From Acidimicrobiia bacterium (GTDB taxonomy: Bacteria > Actinomycetota > Acidimicrobiia > Spongiisociales > ZC4RG35), in assembly GCA_965215185.1 (NCBI GenBank), contig OZ244034.1, positions 2,592,001 to 2,656,000 on the forward strand: 64,000 nt of DNA, given 5' to 3'. The translations under genes and the position numbers were made by a program. Positions 62,160-64,000 of the stretch are shown here, piece after piece. The notes under the pieces were generated by a model. The model saw only the letters and a program-made list of their open reading frames with translations, had not been told where the DNA came from and made no database searches. How positions within the stretch are numbered: position 1 is the first letter of the stretch; each line of letters opens with the position of its first letter.

Positions 62160-62250
62160 TGGGACTGTCTGGAACTACCTGGGACACCAATACCCCGTTG
62201 ACCTGGGCAAATATGAACCACATGGGACACTATGCGCCTATATAGGACAC
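62160..62250. repeat. Phased short direct repeats at the island end (candidate integrase/Xis binding sites)
   Basis: tgggact 62160, tggaact 62170, tgggacac 62180, tgggacac 62223, taggacac 62243. Confidence 0.55.
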
Positions 62251-62262
62251 TAAACCCGCGGA

Positions 62263-62772
62263 CGTCCAGGTAAGGCAACCCTTCCTGCCAGAAGTTCTCG
62301 TTGCGTACGATTTCAACCTGCTGGTTGCGTTCCCATTCCACGAACTTGAAGGGACCGGTTCCGATCGGCGTCTCGTTCAGGTCGATGTCGGGATCCCGCG
62401 GCGAGATGTACACATCCACCAGGGTGCTGGCCAGGATGCGGTCGGGCTCGCCGAGTCGGATCTCCACGGTCATGTCATCGACCGCTACGGTCCCGACTAC
62501 CCGGGTCAGGAGAGAAGATGTCCGTCCAGACTCAGGCTCCTGCGCCCTGCCCATGGATACCACCACGTCTTCGGCGCCAAAGGGAGAACCGTCGTGGAAG
62601 GTCACGCCTTCCCGGAGGTTAAAGGTCCAGGTGGTGGCCAGCGAGGGAGACGGTCCAGGTGGTGGCCAGCGAGGGAACTATCTCATAGGTCTCCAGGTCG
62701 AACTCCACCAGGGTGTCATACATGTTGGTGATGATGTTGCGGTCGTTAGTCGAACCGAATCGGTTGGGATGC
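62263..62772 (-). pseudogene. Family-5 SBP, N-terminal half (signal peptide missing, internal frameshift)
   Basis: MYDTLV...PSLA..W...F.LREGVTFHDG...GTGPFK...GLPYLD. Confidence 0.85.
62624..62676. repeat. 25-bp direct repeat with 28-bp period
   Basis: ggtccaggtggtggccagcgaggga at 62624 and 62652. Confidence 0.9.
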
Positions 62773-63390
62773 AGTACCTACCAGTCGCTGCAGGTCATCG
62801 CCGACGCCCAAGCAGACGGCGCCGAACCGTTTGATTTGATGATCTGCGACGTAGCCCATCGAACCACCGGGGTTCATAAGAAAGCCCGGATCACGGTGTC
62901 TTCGTGGTTGTTGCCCCACGACCAGACGATTCTCCAAGCCGACCGGCGGCTGTACATGACCGCCACGCCTCGGCTTTACAGCGCCAATGTCAAAGAAAAA
63001 GCCAAAGAGCGGCAGGCGGCTATCTATTCGATGGACAACGAAGCCACCTACGGGCCTGAGATTTACAAGATGAGCTTCAAAAAAGCCGTAGACGACGGTT
63101 TCTTGTCGGACTATGAAGTAGCCGTCGTCGCGGTGTCTGACAGTCTGTTCGCCAATCTGGCGGGCGACTTTGTCTAGGAGCATGAAGAAACCGGGGTGAA
63201 CGTCGAGGATGTGGTGAAACTCCTCGGGTGTTGGGACGCTCTGGCCGATCCCGACCACCCGTGGCACGAATGGTCGGGTCACCGGGCAGGTCAACACTCC
63301 CCACGCCGCCCAGCGGGCCATCGCCTTCTCCAACACCATCAAGAGTTCGATGAATTTGGAGAAGTGGTGGCCGGACATCATCAGCCGACT
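62773..63390 (+). pseudogene. Fragment of SF2 helicase of Type ISP restriction-modification type
   Basis: STYQS, DL.ICDVAHRTTG (DEAH degenerate), YMTATP, SMD...YG, LSDY; stop at 63175 and later frameshifts. Confidence 0.72.
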
Positions 63391-63392
63391 AG

Positions 63393-63620
63393 GGCGGCTG
63401 GGCGCTGGTGGTGGGGGAAGGCGAGATCATCGGGTCCAAGCACGAATCGATCGAGGGACCCAACGGAATGTTCCGCTTCTCCTCGGGTCCGGCGCCCCAG
63501 GCCTTCCAGCGATTCTGCAACGCCGGCGCCACCCACCACAGCGTGCTGACCCCCGGCCACCACCTCCGGACGCTTCAACTGATGGCGGAGTGGATGGGCT
63601 TCGAGGTCCGGGCGGTCTGA
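63393..63620 (+). pseudogene. 3' fragment of a paralog of the isomerase at 29267-30685
   Basis: WALVVGEGEIIGSKHE.IEGPN.MFRFSSGPA...GFEVRAV nearly identical in protein. Confidence 0.88.
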
Positions 63621-63759
63621 TACCGGCCTCGGCCCGGGGATTCTCCCCGCCAATTAACTCTCTCTCCCACCGGAGCGCCGGAGGGTCTGTGCTCTACCAT
63701 TACCTCATAGGGCTTTCTTGCAGAAGTAGGGGCTGAGTGGTCCCGGAACAGGAGAAGTG

Positions 63760-64000
63760 ATGCGCATAGCCAAAGTAACTCCAATCTCGGTCGCCTATCC
63801 CGAGCCCAACGACTCGGGCGCCACCCGGCACCTCACCTTTTGCCGGATCGAGACCACCGATGGGACCCTGGGCTGGGGAGAGTCGGTGACCATGTGGCCG
63901 GAGGCGTGCCGAGCAACCGAGCAGGTCATCTTAGGGATGGGGGAACTCATTCTGGGACGGGACGTGGCTGACAACATCGCCATCTGGCGGGAGTTGCGCA
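63760..64000 (+). CDS. Enolase-superfamily enzyme, paralog of 30830-31954, truncated by window end
   Basis: MRIAKVTPISVAYPEPNDSGATRHLTFCRIE shared. Confidence 0.9.
   Translation, partial: MRIAKVTPISVAYPEPNDSGATRHLTFCRIETTDGTLGWGESVTMWPEACRATEQVILGMGELILGRDVADNIAIWRELR

Larger units (their letters stand above)
36853..62266. mobile_element. ~25.4 kb integrative island inserted in a family-5 SBP gene
   Basis: CGTC direct repeat at 36853-36856 and 62263-62266; removal restores P-Y-L-D-G-I-V in frame; integrase and AlpA remnant near the right end. Confidence 0.75.

Noticed and set aside
62713-63177. Functional defence helicase
   Set aside because: Lacks Walker A, has a degenerate DEAH motif and an internal stop; the ORF N-terminus is antisense SBP sequence

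Overview
GC-rich bacterial DNA, most likely from an Acidimicrobiia-like actinobacterium. This is inferred from the Thr-rich lipoprotein linkers and a PPOX-class F420-type enzyme, not from a marker gene. The window is almost entirely accessory transport and catabolic genes: a YhfX/ABC/NagB end, three tandem paralogous lipoproteins, a ThDP E1-beta/E1-alpha/lipoyl-carrier operon, purine salvage, a carbohydrate ABC cluster with two alpha+beta-barrel proteins, and two peptide-type ABC systems. The main hidden structure is nested mobility. A ~25.4 kb island (36857-62262, flanked by a 4-bp CGTC repeat) splits a family-5 solute-binding protein gene, whose halves rejoin in frame. The island's P4-like tyrosine integrase is itself interrupted after codon 4 by an IS110 element. 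The non-coding end of that IS110 folds into a two-loop bridge-RNA-like structure whose four guide segments match the actual target and donor junctions. Several +1 frameshifts, gene fragments and a second diverged isomerase/enolase module show decay, rearrangement or assembly error. No rRNA, tRNA or CRISPR array was seen. All calls come from motif recognition by eye; no searches were run.
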